A stretch of DNA of 64,000 nt, from sequence record OP752703.1; one strand, written 5' to 3'. Made by a program: the position numbers and the translations under genes. Below the pieces are notes generated by a model. It was not told the origin of the DNA. It searched no databases and saw nothing but the letters and a program-made list of their open reading frames with translations. Position 1 is the stretch's first letter. Each line of letters starts with the position of its first letter. This document shows positions 9,672-19,963 of this stretch, piece by piece.

Positions 9672-11978
9672 ATGGCAAATTGCGCAGATTTTAGTTACAC
9701 CATTTACTATACAAATCAGGATAAGGGTACTATCCAGATTCAGAAGTCGGAGCTAAACACTACGACTCTTGACATTGCCCTTATTGGTAAGATTCGTCTA
9801 GAGTATGGTGAAATTTTCAATGAAAATATTCTCCACTTGTTGGAGAACTTTGCTGCTCCTGCTCTTCCGTCAGAAGACAAGCCGGATACCAGCAAGACTT
9901 TCAACGCTATTCTAAGTAACCCAACGGCAGGACAGGTGTGGTACAATACCACAGCTAACCGTCCATTCGTATATGGTAGTGATGGTGTTTGGAGAACATT
10001 TGGTAGCCTAGATGACGTAGCCGGTAACTCCGGGGTAATCATGGGCGACGGTAATAATGCTCTACCTATTCCAGTTTCTCAGGATGGTTACAACTTTAGT
10101 CTAGCTGAATGTAGTTGGAGCGTTTCACCATTCCACTTCCCTGATGAAGTTGACTTCCTACAATGTTATGTTAAGGAGGATGGTACTGTAGTTTCTGAGT
10201 ATCGCCTAGAAGGTTCATTGAATCTTATCAAGGGATTTGCCAACTATCAGATTCTAGCCATTAAGGGTAATACCAACTATGGTAATATTGATTCGGATAA
10301 CTGCGCACCGGGACCGCTACCGTCGATTACTCCGACCCCAACAATGACGCCAACCCCGTCAAACACTTCTCCGGTAACTCCGACGCCAACCATTACTCCA
10401 TCAGTAACGGTTTCTCAGACTGCGGATATTACCCCAACAGTAACACGTTCAGTAACTCCGTCAGTATCGGTTTCAGCTACTCCGTCACCGACACCGCCGT
10501 CAACTCCGACTGCTACGGTAACTCCGACCATTTCATTGACGCCTTCAACGTCATTGACTCCATCGGTAACCCCAACTATTTCAGTAACTCCATCCGTTAC
10601 GCCTTCAACTGCGTTTAATAATGGTGACGTATTCGCCGTGGCCTTCCGTCCATTCTCACTAGACGCTGGTACAGAGGCTATGTACGACCGTAAGATGGAT
10701 ATGAATTGGGGTACATTCAATTCTACCTACAGCTACACCACTAACTACTTCCCTGTAGCTAATGGTTCTGCTCCTGTAGAATCTCGTATTGGTACAATGA
10801 TGCGTGACTGGTATATTCAAGTCGCCTCTCCTGTAATCTATGGTTATGGTGTGAACTTAGGCGTCGGTGTATACCCGGCTGCTGCTCTATCATTTGAAGG
10901 ACAGTTGAACCAGCCTGTCTCCTTGACTGCTGACAACATTTTGGCTTATGTTGGTTTCATTAATAATTCTGATGCAGCAAATGTACTGTCAACTATCCAG
11001 ACCTTCACATTTGATGGCGTAACTTTCCAACAGACTCTAAAGACTGCCACCTTGACCAATCAGAATATCGATGATATGTTCAGAATTGATGAAAATCTAA
11101 TTCTGGTCAAGAGTCATTTGATTCTAAACGGCGAAGAAAAGGGAACTGCATTCGGCGTATATCGCAACGAACCAACAGGTCTAAATCTAGTTGGTGCGCC
11201 AGTAACTTATGTCGATTATATCGAAGCCGTTGCTGTAACCAACCAGAACCATATTGCTATTGTTGATACCAATAATGAACTAACTCATTACGTATATGAT
11301 GCGACTAATGGTTTGAATGCCGTAAGCACTCTAGACCTATCAACTCTAACTACCACGCCTATCAATGCCATCAAGTATGACAAGGATAGCTTGAATCTAT
11401 ACGTAATGTATGCAGTTGATGCGAATACTACTGGATTCCGTCAGATCAATACAAGTGCAACAACCTATACACTAGGTACTTCCATTACTCTGCCAATCGT
11501 AGCTGAAATGGAACTATGCTCTTCGATTGACGTATTCAATGACCGTGTTCTATACTTGGATATTACTGATCCTGCGGCAAAGCTAATGAAGACCTTAACC
11601 CACTTCGGTGGAGCTTTCAGTCAGACCGGTTCTATTGCACAAATTCCAACAGGCCGTGATCCACAGTCTGTATCGTTCATCGTGCCTAACCTACCGCGTC
11701 CAAGCTTCACGCCAACGCCGTCAGTAACTCCGTCACATACTCCAACACCGAGTTCGACACCGCCAGTAACACCAAGCACAACTCCACCGTCTACTCCACC
11801 GAGTACGCCGCCTAATACTCCACCGAGTACGCCGCCAGTAACGCCAAGCTCTACTCCCGCAGCGTCATCGGAACCACCAATTGGCTGTAATTGTGAAGAA
11901 TATGGTCCCGGTTGTTATGATACAGGAGGCGGATGCCAGTGTCCGGGTGAAGAGTTTGAACGCCCGTGTAACCTATAA
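9672..11978 (+). CDS. Virion/fibre-like paralogue 2 (two stalks, propeller-like middle, 6-Cys C-terminal module)
   Basis: Shared LLENFA domain; repeated beta-strand region; ends GCNCEEYGPGCYDTGGGCQCPGEEFERPCNL. Confidence 0.8.
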   Translation: MANCADFSYTIYYTNQDKGTIQIQKSELNTTTLDIALIGKIRLEYGEIFNENILHLLENFAAPALPSEDKPDTSKTFNAILSNPTAGQVWYNTTANRPFVYGSDGVWRTFGSLDDVAGNSGVIMGDGNNALPIPVSQDGYNFSLAECSWSVSPFHFPDEVDFLQCYVKEDGTVVSEYRLEGSLNLIKGFANYQILAIKGNTNYGNIDSDNCAPGPLPSITPTPTMTPTPSNTSPVTPTPTITPSVTVSQTADITPTVTRSVTPSVSVSATPSPTPPSTPTATVTPTISLTPSTSLTPSVTPTISVTPSVTPSTAFNNGDVFAVAFRPFSLDAGTEAMYDRKMDMNWGTFNSTYSYTTNYFPVANGSAPVESRIGTMMRDWYIQVASPVIYGYGVNLGVGVYPAAALSFEGQLNQPVSLTADNILAYVGFINNSDAANVLSTIQTFTFDGVTFQQTLKTATLTNQNIDDMFRIDENLILVKSHLILNGEEKGTAFGVYRNEPTGLNLVGAPVTYVDYIEAVAVTNQNHIAIVDTNNELTHYVYDATNGLNAVSTLDLSTLTTTPINAIKYDKDSLNLYVMYAVDANTTGFRQINTSATTYTLGTSITLPIVAEMELCSSIDVFNDRVLYLDITDPAAKLMKTLTHFGGAFSQTGSIAQIPTGRDPQSVSFIVPNLPRPSFTPTPSVTPSHTPTPSSTPPVTPSTTPPSTPPSTPPNTPPSTPPVTPSSTPAASSEPPIGCNCEEYGPGCYDTGGGCQCPGEEFERPCNL

Positions 11979-11986
11979 GGTATTAA

Positions 11987-13267
11987 ATGACAACGTATAC
12001 AATTCGTAAAACCGATATAAATGAACCTACAATCACTGTCCCGCAAGAGACAGTGATTCGCGGTGTCGTGGACTTGCCTATTATAGGTCAATTTAAAACT
12101 GATTATGGTACTGAGGTAAACCAGAGTCTATTAAATCTTCTAGAAAACTTTGCTTGCCCCGAAGCACCGGGAGCGACAGATGATGATGATGCTGTTCCTG
12201 ATCTTTCTAAAACTTCTGATGACCAGCTAGGAAATCCTACGGCTGGACAGTTGTGGTACAACAGTACCCGTGAGAAGATTTATTATTGGGATGGTACTAC
12301 ATGGGCTGCTGCTCCTATTCGCAATCAATATGCTGCGAATTGGGGACGTGCATTACACGGTCAGTATCTTCCAAAGCCAGTAGCTAGAGACGGTAGAGTT
12401 TTTGAATACAGTGAATGTATCTGGTCAGTATCACCGGCAGTATTCTCTGCGGCAATTGATACTTTCAACTGTAACACCGATCAAAATGCTAAGGTAACTG
12501 TGCAGCAGCGTTATGCAGGCCGTGAAGGTCTAGTTAACAGTGTAGCAAACTATTTGATTATCGGTATCGACAACAACGTTAATAATGGGCGTTGGGATAT
12601 TGTCACACCTATTCAAGTATCCCCTACACCATCTCCGACTGCATCGGTAACGCCAACCGTAACTGCAACTGTAACTCCTTCGGTTACTACTTCGGTAACG
12701 CCATCCATTTCTCCAACGCAGACGCCAACACAGACGCCTTCGAGAACTCCGGCTGTAACTCCGTCGAATACACCGCCAGTTACTCCACCGGCAACACCTA
12801 CACCTACTCCGTCCAATACAGTGGTGACATATTGCTGGACCTCTGGTCAGTTGTGTCTAGGTTTCTTGGGCGATAATAATGGTACTCCTGATTTCCGTAG
12901 ATTCTGGAAAGATAATACTTCTGGACAACCAACCCCGGATTCGTGTGCATACAATACTACTTACCATAGCGCTTTTGGCCTCATTTATTATAGTTATCCG
13001 GTGCGTTTCCTAACTCTAGCAGCCTCGGTCCCGATAACTATTACTGCTTCAAATGGAGCGCAAAATAGTCAGAATATAATTTTCAATACTACAAAGTCTC
13101 CGAGTGAAAATTATTTTCAGGAAACTGTCACAAGAACGCTTAATGTTGGCGGCGTAGACGTACCTATTCAGGCACTAATGACTTGGAATAAGCGCGCAGG
13201 TAATAGTAATGCCGCAGACGGTACTTTAACGGTACAACTTTCATTCCCTAACGGGGGTAGATGCTAA
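11987..13267 (+). CDS. Virion/fibre-like paralogue 3
   Basis: LLENFACPE...GQLWYN...ECIWSVSP domain, S/T/P stalk, unique tip. Confidence 0.8.
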   Translation: MTTYTIRKTDINEPTITVPQETVIRGVVDLPIIGQFKTDYGTEVNQSLLNLLENFACPEAPGATDDDDAVPDLSKTSDDQLGNPTAGQLWYNSTREKIYYWDGTTWAAAPIRNQYAANWGRALHGQYLPKPVARDGRVFEYSECIWSVSPAVFSAAIDTFNCNTDQNAKVTVQQRYAGREGLVNSVANYLIIGIDNNVNNGRWDIVTPIQVSPTPSPTASVTPTVTATVTPSVTTSVTPSISPTQTPTQTPSRTPAVTPSNTPPVTPPATPTPTPSNTVVTYCWTSGQLCLGFLGDNNGTPDFRRFWKDNTSGQPTPDSCAYNTTYHSAFGLIYYSYPVRFLTLAASVPITITASNGAQNSQNIIFNTTKSPSENYFQETVTRTLNVGGVDVPIQALMTWNKRAGNSNAADGTLTVQLSFPNGGRC

Positions 13268-14370
13268 TGGCTTCATTTTACACAGTACATCGAACTGATA
13301 TTTCGGCACCTTCAATTGAAGTGCCGAAGTTTTCACGTAACACTACAGACCTTGGTATTACCTTAACTGGTAAGATCAACCGTGAGTATGGTGAAGAACT
13401 TGACCAAGCGTATTTGAACGTATTGGAAAACTTCGCTTGCCCGGAAGATTCTAATAATCCCGGCAACCCTGATTTGTCTAAGACTTCTCAGGAGCAGTTG
13501 AGTCGCCCTACTATAGGTCAACTTTGGTATAATAGTTCAAAGGAAAAGATTTTCTTCTGGACTGGAACAATCTGGACTGGAACAGCAAACCGTGGTGAGT
13601 ACGCTGCCAATTGGGGTAGAATCTATTCTGGTGAACAACTACCAAAGCCGGTTAATCCTGTGACTGGTAGAGTATTTGAATATAGTGAATGTATTTGGTC
13701 AGTATCTCCTGCTGCCTTCCTAGGTAAGCCGGGCTACTTGGCATGTTCAACGGATTCCGATGCCAAAGTAACCATGCGCTATCGTTATTCAGGAACCAAT
13801 AACATCATCGGTAATCCTTCGGACAATCCAGAAGTACATGGTATTGCGAACTTCTTGATTATTGGCATTCCGGGTGTTGTTGAGCATGATTATGGTGTAT
13901 CCCCGCCAGAACCGTCATCTACGTCAACTCCTACTCCAACACCGACGCCTTCGACAACGCCAAGTTCAACGGTAACTCCGACTCCTACTGCATCAGTTAC
14001 TCCTACAACTACGCAGTCCTTGTCGCCGACACCGACGCCTGCTCCGTCGAATTCTGCAACGCCTGCTCCATCGTCTACGCCGACAATGACACCTTCGAGT
14101 ACACCGGCCTCAACACCGCCAGTTACTCCGTCACCAACACCAGCCGGTCGATTCGATTGGGTATTGACTAACTCATGGGCTGGTCAGGAAAATCATGGTT
14201 GCCGACCAGACGATTTGGACACTGGACAAGCTCTGGACCAAGCTAATGCCTACTTCCAGCAATATCCATGTGATATGGAAAGCTTAGGTGCATACTATCA
14301 AGTAAATTGGTGTGACCCCGGTAGCCCAACCTCAATCGGTGTATATGGTTGGGAATGTATGATTATATAA
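13261..14370 (+). CDS. Virion/fibre-like paralogue 4 (short 4-Cys tip)
   Basis: Same N-domain; stalk; tip ending YGWECMII. Confidence 0.8.
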   Translation: MLMASFYTVHRTDISAPSIEVPKFSRNTTDLGITLTGKINREYGEELDQAYLNVLENFACPEDSNNPGNPDLSKTSQEQLSRPTIGQLWYNSSKEKIFFWTGTIWTGTANRGEYAANWGRIYSGEQLPKPVNPVTGRVFEYSECIWSVSPAAFLGKPGYLACSTDSDAKVTMRYRYSGTNNIIGNPSDNPEVHGIANFLIIGIPGVVEHDYGVSPPEPSSTSTPTPTPTPSTTPSSTVTPTPTASVTPTTTQSLSPTPTPAPSNSATPAPSSTPTMTPSSTPASTPPVTPSPTPAGRFDWVLTNSWAGQENHGCRPDDLDTGQALDQANAYFQQYPCDMESLGAYYQVNWCDPGSPTSIGVYGWECMII

Positions 14371-14385
14371 GATATAAATATCCAC

Positions 14386-15429
14386 ATGAATGAATATATC
14401 GTAAGTCATACCGACCCAACCGAAAAACCGATAGTAATTGAAGAAGCAGAGACAGCGAAAGCTGGCTCTGCTCTTACTCTGTTGGGCAGAATTAAACCTG
14501 AGTATGGCGAGATTCTAGATCAAGACTTCTTGAATCTTCTAGAGAACTTTGCATGCCCCGAGAGTCCAGACTCTATTGACATTAGAACTTCTTGGCCTGA
14601 TCTTTCACAGACTAGTGATAATCAGTTAGAGAAGCCTATCCTAGGTCAGCTATGGTATAACTCTACTAGAGAACTTCCTTACAGTTGGGATGGTACTCGC
14701 TGGAATCCTATTGCGCTTCGTGAAAACCTAGCAGCAAATTGGGGACAAGTATATCATGGCGCACAACTTCCAAAGCCTGTCAGCCCGCTAACAGGTCAAG
14801 AGTTTGATTATGAAGACTGCATCTGGTCAGTAGCTCCTGCAAGCTTTGTAGGTAAGCCGGGTTATATGGCCTGTGCAACGGATGACCAAGCTGTAGTAAC
14901 TATGAAGTATCGTTTGGCGGGAACCAATACCATTATCAGTGGTATTGCCAACTATTTGATTATTGGTATTAAGGGTAACTACAATATCGGAACTATCATT
15001 CCGCCGATTGAGATTACTCCATCGACAACGCCAACGGCTACACCAACGCCAACTCCGTCATTGACCCCATCGATCACTGCATCTATTACAGCTTCGATTA
15101 CACCGTCTCCGACACTTTCGTTGACACCAACGCCAACACCGTTGCCATCTAACTCCGCAACACCGGCTGTATCTCAGACAGCGTTCCCAACGCCGACTCC
15201 GACCAACACGCCATCGTCAACGCCACCGGCAAGACCGTATTACCAGATGACCAGCGAGCGTTGCACTTACCACCCTAATTGGGAAGTTATATATGGATGC
15301 CCGGAAGAACCGTCTAACTATAACTGTCAAACCGTTGCGGATATTGGTAATAGACAAACAACTACTTCTGACTGTTATTCTGGTAATGGCGTTTTGCGCT
15401 GTGTCCGACAGTGGGAATGCAGACTATAA
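14386..15429 (+). CDS. Virion/fibre-like paralogue 5 (short 6-Cys tip)
   Basis: Same N-domain; stalk; tip ending RQWECRL. Confidence 0.8.
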   Translation: MNEYIVSHTDPTEKPIVIEEAETAKAGSALTLLGRIKPEYGEILDQDFLNLLENFACPESPDSIDIRTSWPDLSQTSDNQLEKPILGQLWYNSTRELPYSWDGTRWNPIALRENLAANWGQVYHGAQLPKPVSPLTGQEFDYEDCIWSVAPASFVGKPGYMACATDDQAVVTMKYRLAGTNTIISGIANYLIIGIKGNYNIGTIIPPIEITPSTTPTATPTPTPSLTPSITASITASITPSPTLSLTPTPTPLPSNSATPAVSQTAFPTPTPTNTPSSTPPARPYYQMTSERCTYHPNWEVIYGCPEEPSNYNCQTVADIGNRQTTTSDCYSGNGVLRCVRQWECRL

Positions 15430-15453
15430 ATATTGAACTAGACAAAGATTATT

Positions 15454-17046
15454 ATGACTGAGTATATCGTTAAATTTACCGACAAGTCGAAGACCCCTAT
15501 TACCGTCTATGAAAATAGTATTGATAATTCTTCGACTGACATTTCACTTCCGGGCCGAAAGAAGCTAGAATATGGACGCGATCTTAACGCGAACTTCCTG
15601 CACATTCTAGAAAACTTCGCGTGTCCAGAAGACCCGGAAAATCCGGGTTTCCCTGATTTCGAGAAGGCTTCATTCCAGTCTGATACTAATAAGAAGCTCC
15701 TAACCGCTCCGGTCGAAGGTCAATTATGGTTTAACTTGACCCAAGAAACTCTATTCGTATGGAATGGATCGGCATGGCTTGCTCTTGGTATGGATGGAGA
15801 TATTGCATCCAATTGGGGTGTCCTAACTGACGGCATGCAGATTCCACGTCCTAAGAACAAGTACGGATATACTTTCAAGTATGAAGAATGTGCATGGATC
15901 GTTTCACCATTTAAGTTGGAAGGCTCTTTCCGTTATATGCAGTGTACCACTGACGATAATGGTTGGGTAACTATGACTTACACCCCTGAATCACCCAATG
16001 CCGCTCCTATCAAGGGCTGCGCCACTTACATGATTGTAGGTATTAAGGGTAACGTAAACTTGGGTCAACAGGAAGGTATTCCTGATGCTACTCCAATTCC
16101 GTCACCAACCCCAACCCCAACTCCTTCGATTACAAAGTCTGCACAACCAACACCAACCGCGTCGGTAACTCCTACTCCGTGGGTATCTGCTACTCAGACT
16201 CCACAGCCGACTCCATCAGCCACACCCCCTCCATCAGCCTCGCCAACTCCAACCCCGATCAATTATATTGCATCGATTTCGGCAAGTCCGGCAGGGCAGG
16301 TAGCACCGGGTGCTAATATTTGTTATACTATTAGCTTGAACTATCCTGCACCGGCAGCGGGTAAGGATGTTCGTCTGATCCGTTCAGGTGATACGTCTAA
16401 TATCTGTGCGTCCACCGAAGGAGAAACAGTTGGTCCGATTATCAGTGACGAAACAATTCAATTCAGTGCAGGACAGCTATCTACACAGATTTGTCGTACT
16501 GCACCGGCTGCTCCACCACCGCCACCAACTCCTACGGCTACACCGCGTTATGCATGTAAGCAAGTAGCTGCCGATGGTAACGTATGGGGTGCAACATATT
16601 GGACTGGATTCATGTGTCAGACTAATAATGGTGGTCCGCAAGATTACTTTACAAATACTTCGGGTGGTAGTGGTAACTATTATCCATGTACTCAGTGGAC
16701 TGCATGTAATAATGCTACTTCATTCTCTTCAACTCAAACGATTGCAAACAATCCAGTAAGAGGAAATAGAGTATATTACAACGCAGTACCAGCAGCACAG
16801 TTAGTAATGCAGATTCAGATTCCGGGTGTAGCTTCTTCTAATGTATTCAACACTTACATTTATGGTACAACTCCACAGACTCAGACACACATTTTGACTG
16901 CTGGTAGCCGTACCTTCACTCTAGTAATCAATATGAATCCAGTTCTAGTAAGTACCAGCGGCTCCAACAAAACTTGGACCATCTACACTGACTACACGGT
17001 AACTGACAATCAGACTGGCGTAGTAACTGCCTTCTGTAACATTTAA
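15454..17046 (+). CDS. Virion/fibre-like paralogue 6 (Ig-like middle and beta-rich tip)
   Basis: Same N-domain ([10 protein letters not shown]); stalk; [10 protein letters not shown] Ig-like segment; poly-Pro linker. Confidence 0.8.
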   Translation: MTEYIVKFTDKSKTPITVYENSIDNSSTDISLPGRKKLEYGRDLNANFLHILENFACPEDPENPGFPDFEKASFQSDTNKKLLTAPVEGQLWFNLTQETLFVWNGSAWLALGMDGDIASNWGVLTDGMQIPRPKNKYGYTFKYEECAWIVSPFKLEGSFRYMQCTTDDNGWVTMTYTPESPNAAPIKGCATYMIVGIKGNVNLGQQEGIPDATPIPSPTPTPTPSITKSAQPTPTASVTPTPWVSATQTPQPTPSATPPPSASPTPTPINYIASISASPAGQVAPGANICYTISLNYPAPAAGKDVRLIRSGDTSNICASTEGETVGPIISDETIQFSAGQLSTQICRTAPAAPPPPPTPTATPRYACKQVAADGNVWGATYWTGFMCQTNNGGPQDYFTNTSGGSGNYYPCTQWTACNNATSFSSTQTIANNPVRGNRVYYNAVPAAQLVMQIQIPGVASSNVFNTYIYGTTPQTQTHILTAGSRTFTLVINMNPVLVSTSGSNKTWTIYTDYTVTDNQTGVVTAFCNI

Positions 17047-17056
17047 GGAAATATTA

Positions 17057-17557
17057 ATGGCTATCGTATGTAACTCAATCGTCCCGCCTCTCTCGGTATC
17101 ACTACCGGGAGGCTGCACAGGATTCCAGCAGAATGATACCTACCCATCAGCGTGTGGTGCAGGTACGTCTTCTGCAACGTGTAATCTTAACATTAGCGGT
17201 GGCGTTCCACCGTATAATACCAGCTTCTCCTACATTCAGACTCCGAACATCGTTCAATTCTGTACCCTAAACGCTGCGGCATTCACTGGCGGCGGTGGTA
17301 CTAATCCAGCATTCGGATTTGCATTCAGTGGAAGTAACATGTGTAACATTTTCATTAGAGGCATTCTGCAAGTAGCTTATACTGTAACTGACTCTTCGGG
17401 TCAACGTGTAGATGGTAATGCTCAGTACGATGTTCATGTGGAACGTTCAGTCGCATCTGCTGGCTGTGATTGTTCAGCTTATGGACCACGTTGTTATGAC
17501 GTAGGTGGTGCTTGCCGATGTGCCGGTCAAGAATACGATCTACCTTGTTACTTGTAA
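17057..17557 (+). CDS. Cys-rich virion-associated protein sharing the 6-Cys C-terminal module of 9672..11978
   Basis: Ends GCDCSAYGPRCYDVGGACRCAGQEYDLPCYL; lacks the shared N-domain. Confidence 0.75.
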   Translation: MAIVCNSIVPPLSVSLPGGCTGFQQNDTYPSACGAGTSSATCNLNISGGVPPYNTSFSYIQTPNIVQFCTLNAAAFTGGGGTNPAFGFAFSGSNMCNIFIRGILQVAYTVTDSSGQRVDGNAQYDVHVERSVASAGCDCSAYGPRCYDVGGACRCAGQEYDLPCYL

Positions 17558-17563
17558 AAACAC

Positions 17564-17601
17564 AAAGCCCTTTCATGATCTAAATAATCTGAAAGGGCTT
17601 T
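17564..17601 (+). terminator. Hairpin with a TAAATA late promoter in its loop
   Basis: AAAGCCCTTTCA-tgatcTAAATAatc-TGAAAGGGCTTT. Confidence 0.7.
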
Positions 17602-17605
17602 TTAA

Positions 17606-17773
17606 ATGTATATCTTTGTAAGAAAATCAGATAGAATGATCGTTGGTTACGCAAACCGTCCCGTAAGTGAAGAGGATATGGAGCGTCAGGGTAACTTGGT
17701 TTTTCAGGTTGACAAGTCGGAGTTTTCCGATACAATGTTAGGTCAAACCTTGGAAGACTTTGATATCAAATGA
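17606..17773 (+). CDS. Small hypothetical protein (55 aa, not in the ORF track)
   Basis: MYIFVRKSDRMIVGYANRPVSEEDMERQGNLVFQVDKSEFSDTMLGQTLEDFDIK*; stop overlaps the next ATG (ATGA). Confidence 0.6.
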   Translation: MYIFVRKSDRMIVGYANRPVSEEDMERQGNLVFQVDKSEFSDTMLGQTLEDFDIK

Positions 17774-18438
17774 AACGTATCACTAATCTACAAACTGGTA
17801 AAAATGCTGAATACATTCAGCGCCAGTGGATTCATGTTGGGGCAATCCGTGACCGACTTATCTCTGCCACTGAGTGGACTCAGAACGGAGATAATCTACT
17901 AACTCTTGAATCATATATCTTGTGGTCTGATTGGCGACGTAAGGTCTATGATGTTTCTGAGGCAACGTATTCTTCTCCCGAAGAAGCTGAGGCAGCACTA
18001 AATGTGTTGAATGATTCTAAGCCTCTAACCGTTAACACTTCTACCGTAATGCGACAAAAGAAGTATCGACTTGATCTATCTTCTATTGATGCTGCAAAGC
18101 GAGACGGTAAACGAATCGTTAGAGAATTCCTAAATGATTATATTGAAAATTCATTACCGGAAAGTATTAACATCATCAACCTAAAGTATCAGAGTTACTT
18201 ACTATGGAAGGATTCTGGTATGGATCACTTCCTACATTTCCCTATCTTGCAGACGCATAAGGAAATGGAAGACTTGGATATCAATGAAACTATTGACGAT
18301 ATCCTAAGCACTTACAAGACTGCTACTGAACTAGTGGCTAATCAGATTAAAATCAGCAAACAGATAGAGTGTGAAATTGAAGACGCTCCTAATCTTAAAA
18401 CTATTATTGCAATTGTAAAGAAAATGCACGGCTATTGA
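17770..18438 (+). CDS. Tail-fibre assembly chaperone-like protein
   Basis: IRDRLISATEWTQNGDNLL...WSDWRRKVYDV resembles the R..LL..SDWTQ..D...W..YRQ.LRD tail assembly chaperone motif; follows the fibre array. Confidence 0.55.
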   Translation: MKRITNLQTGKNAEYIQRQWIHVGAIRDRLISATEWTQNGDNLLTLESYILWSDWRRKVYDVSEATYSSPEEAEAALNVLNDSKPLTVNTSTVMRQKKYRLDLSSIDAAKRDGKRIVREFLNDYIENSLPESINIINLKYQSYLLWKDSGMDHFLHFPILQTHKEMEDLDINETIDDILSTYKTATELVANQIKISKQIECEIEDAPNLKTIIAIVKKMHGY

Positions 18439-18452
18439 CCGTGCATTTTTCA
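18421..18452 (+). terminator. Intrinsic terminator
   Basis: AAAATGCACGG-ctattga-CCGTGCATTTT(T). Confidence 0.7.
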
Positions 18453-18469
18453 TTTGGTATCCTATAGAA

Positions 18470-19060
18470 ATGGATATTGATATTGACTTAAGTAGTAAAT
18501 TTAAATCTAAAGCCCTGTTCCCCAATGCCCCTAGGGCGTCCCGTGTGGAGAACGGAGAGCTAGAAGAACACCTTGTCGGCCTGTACTTCCAGAAAGTCCC
18601 TGTGGACCCTGTGACGGGCCTTACAGCCATTCCTTTCAAAGACACAGACGCTCATGGAATCTTTAAGATTGACATGCTCCCATCAGTCTTACTAGGAAAC
18701 TTCACGGCTATAGAAGACAAACAGCAAATTAGAGAATTAACAAAGATTCCTCCTGACTGGACTCTTCTTGAAGATGAAAGTATTGTGGAGAAGTTGTTCC
18801 AGATTTCCAAACATGCCGAACTAATCACCAGAGTAAAGCCGAAGTCAATCTCAGAATTAGCAGATTGTTTAGCGCTGATTCGCCCGGAGAAGAGGCATTT
18901 GGTCAATAAATATATTGCTAACCGTAAAGACCCTGAGCTATTGAAGGAGCTTTACATTAAAGATGGTAAGGGTGCATACAGAAAGTCGCACGCCATTCCA
19001 TACGCTATGCTTATTGTTATTGAATTACATCTGATTAAGGAAGGATTGTATGAAGTTTGA
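18470..19060 (+). CDS. DnaE (Pol III alpha)-like fragment 2 carrying the catalytic aspartates
   Basis: Starts MDIDIDL (DnaE PDxDxD); FKIDML (K.DFL); LFQI...KPKSISELADCLALIRP; YRKSHAIPYA (FNKSHAAAYA). Confidence 0.8.
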   Translation: MDIDIDLSSKFKSKALFPNAPRASRVENGELEEHLVGLYFQKVPVDPVTGLTAIPFKDTDAHGIFKIDMLPSVLLGNFTAIEDKQQIRELTKIPPDWTLLEDESIVEKLFQISKHAELITRVKPKSISELADCLALIRPEKRHLVNKYIANRKDPELLKELYIKDGKGAYRKSHAIPYAMLIVIELHLIKEGLYEV

Positions 19061-19421
19061 ATTGTTTCAAAACATTATGGAGCAGACTAATGCTGCCCAA
19101 GCTCGTTTGACTGACACGCAGAAGCTAGTTCTGGTTAATGTATATGCCGCAGCTACGCCAGAAATGGCCTACGACACTGTTGCTGGCGCACCTAACACGG
19201 TGGCTGCACGTAATCAGCTTCGCTCCGCAGGATTGATCGTAGTAGACGATCAGAACTCTAGGGCTGGCGTAACCGATCAAGGACAGGAAGCGTTGGTGAA
19301 CAACAACCTGATTGATGAATCCGGCCAGCTTACGGAAGAAGGAAATAACTTGCTACAAAATACACAGCAAGATAAGAGAATGTTTACCAATGAAGGCTAT
19401 AAGATTATCGACAAGCTTTAA
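19050..19421 (+). CDS. Hypothetical protein, possibly winged-helix-like
   Basis: ORF coupled to the DnaE fragment; 'LRSAGLIVVD..RAGVTDQGQEAL' pattern. Confidence 0.7.
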   Translation: MKFELFQNIMEQTNAAQARLTDTQKLVLVNVYAAATPEMAYDTVAGAPNTVAARNQLRSAGLIVVDDQNSRAGVTDQGQEALVNNNLIDESGQLTEEGNNLLQNTQQDKRMFTNEGYKIIDKL

Positions 19422-19930
19422 AGTTTGTTGAGAGTCTTATTGACGTATTCAATGTTATCTGGAATTGGCTTACGCTTTTTGCGTTTGCTTTTGATAACAC
19501 CGCCCATTTTATATGTCGGAAGGGGACCGATTACGCGAGTAACGAATTCTGTAGGATAAGCTCGGATAAGTGGAGCAACTACACCGGCTAGACCTAGGCG
19601 GGAGAATTCGATAGAGAGAGGGTGGGACTTATGACGTTCTGAGTAGAACCAGTCTTCGGCGATTTTGACGACTGCCATTTCATCAATGGAGTTTGGACTG
19701 CATAGGTCCAGTACGTAACCGACGATCTGTTTATTGTGTACGTTATCGACAATTACAAGCACATTGTCATTATTGTACCTAATCAGAGTAATAAAGGGAT
19801 ACCCTGTATACCCCTCGGGGTGAGGTTCGGTAATAAGAGGAATTGATTGAGTCTTTCGCATTATAGTCAACTTTAGTTTCTTATAAGTATTTATGGACCC
19901 AAAATGCTCTTGTATAATACAATGTAGCAT
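19418..19930 (-). CDS. Hypothetical protein (true start may be about 19863, MRKTQS)
   Basis: ORF; minus-strand TAAATA near 19890. Confidence 0.7.
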   Translation of the reverse strand: MLHCIIQEHFGSINTYKKLKLTIMRKTQSIPLITEPHPEGYTGYPFITLIRYNNDNVLVIVDNVHNKQIVGYVLDLCSPNSIDEMAVVKIAEDWFYSERHKSHPLSIEFSRLGLAGVVAPLIRAYPTEFVTRVIGPLPTYKMGGVIKSKRKKRKPIPDNIEYVNKTLNKL

Positions 19931-19963
19931 AAATAAAGTTATAAATTAAATGGACATTCTTCA

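Noticed and set aside
11881-17557. Possible DGR template/variable repeat pair (duplicated Cys module)
   Set aside because: Differences are synonymous and spread over all four bases, not adenine-specific; no reverse transcriptase in the window.
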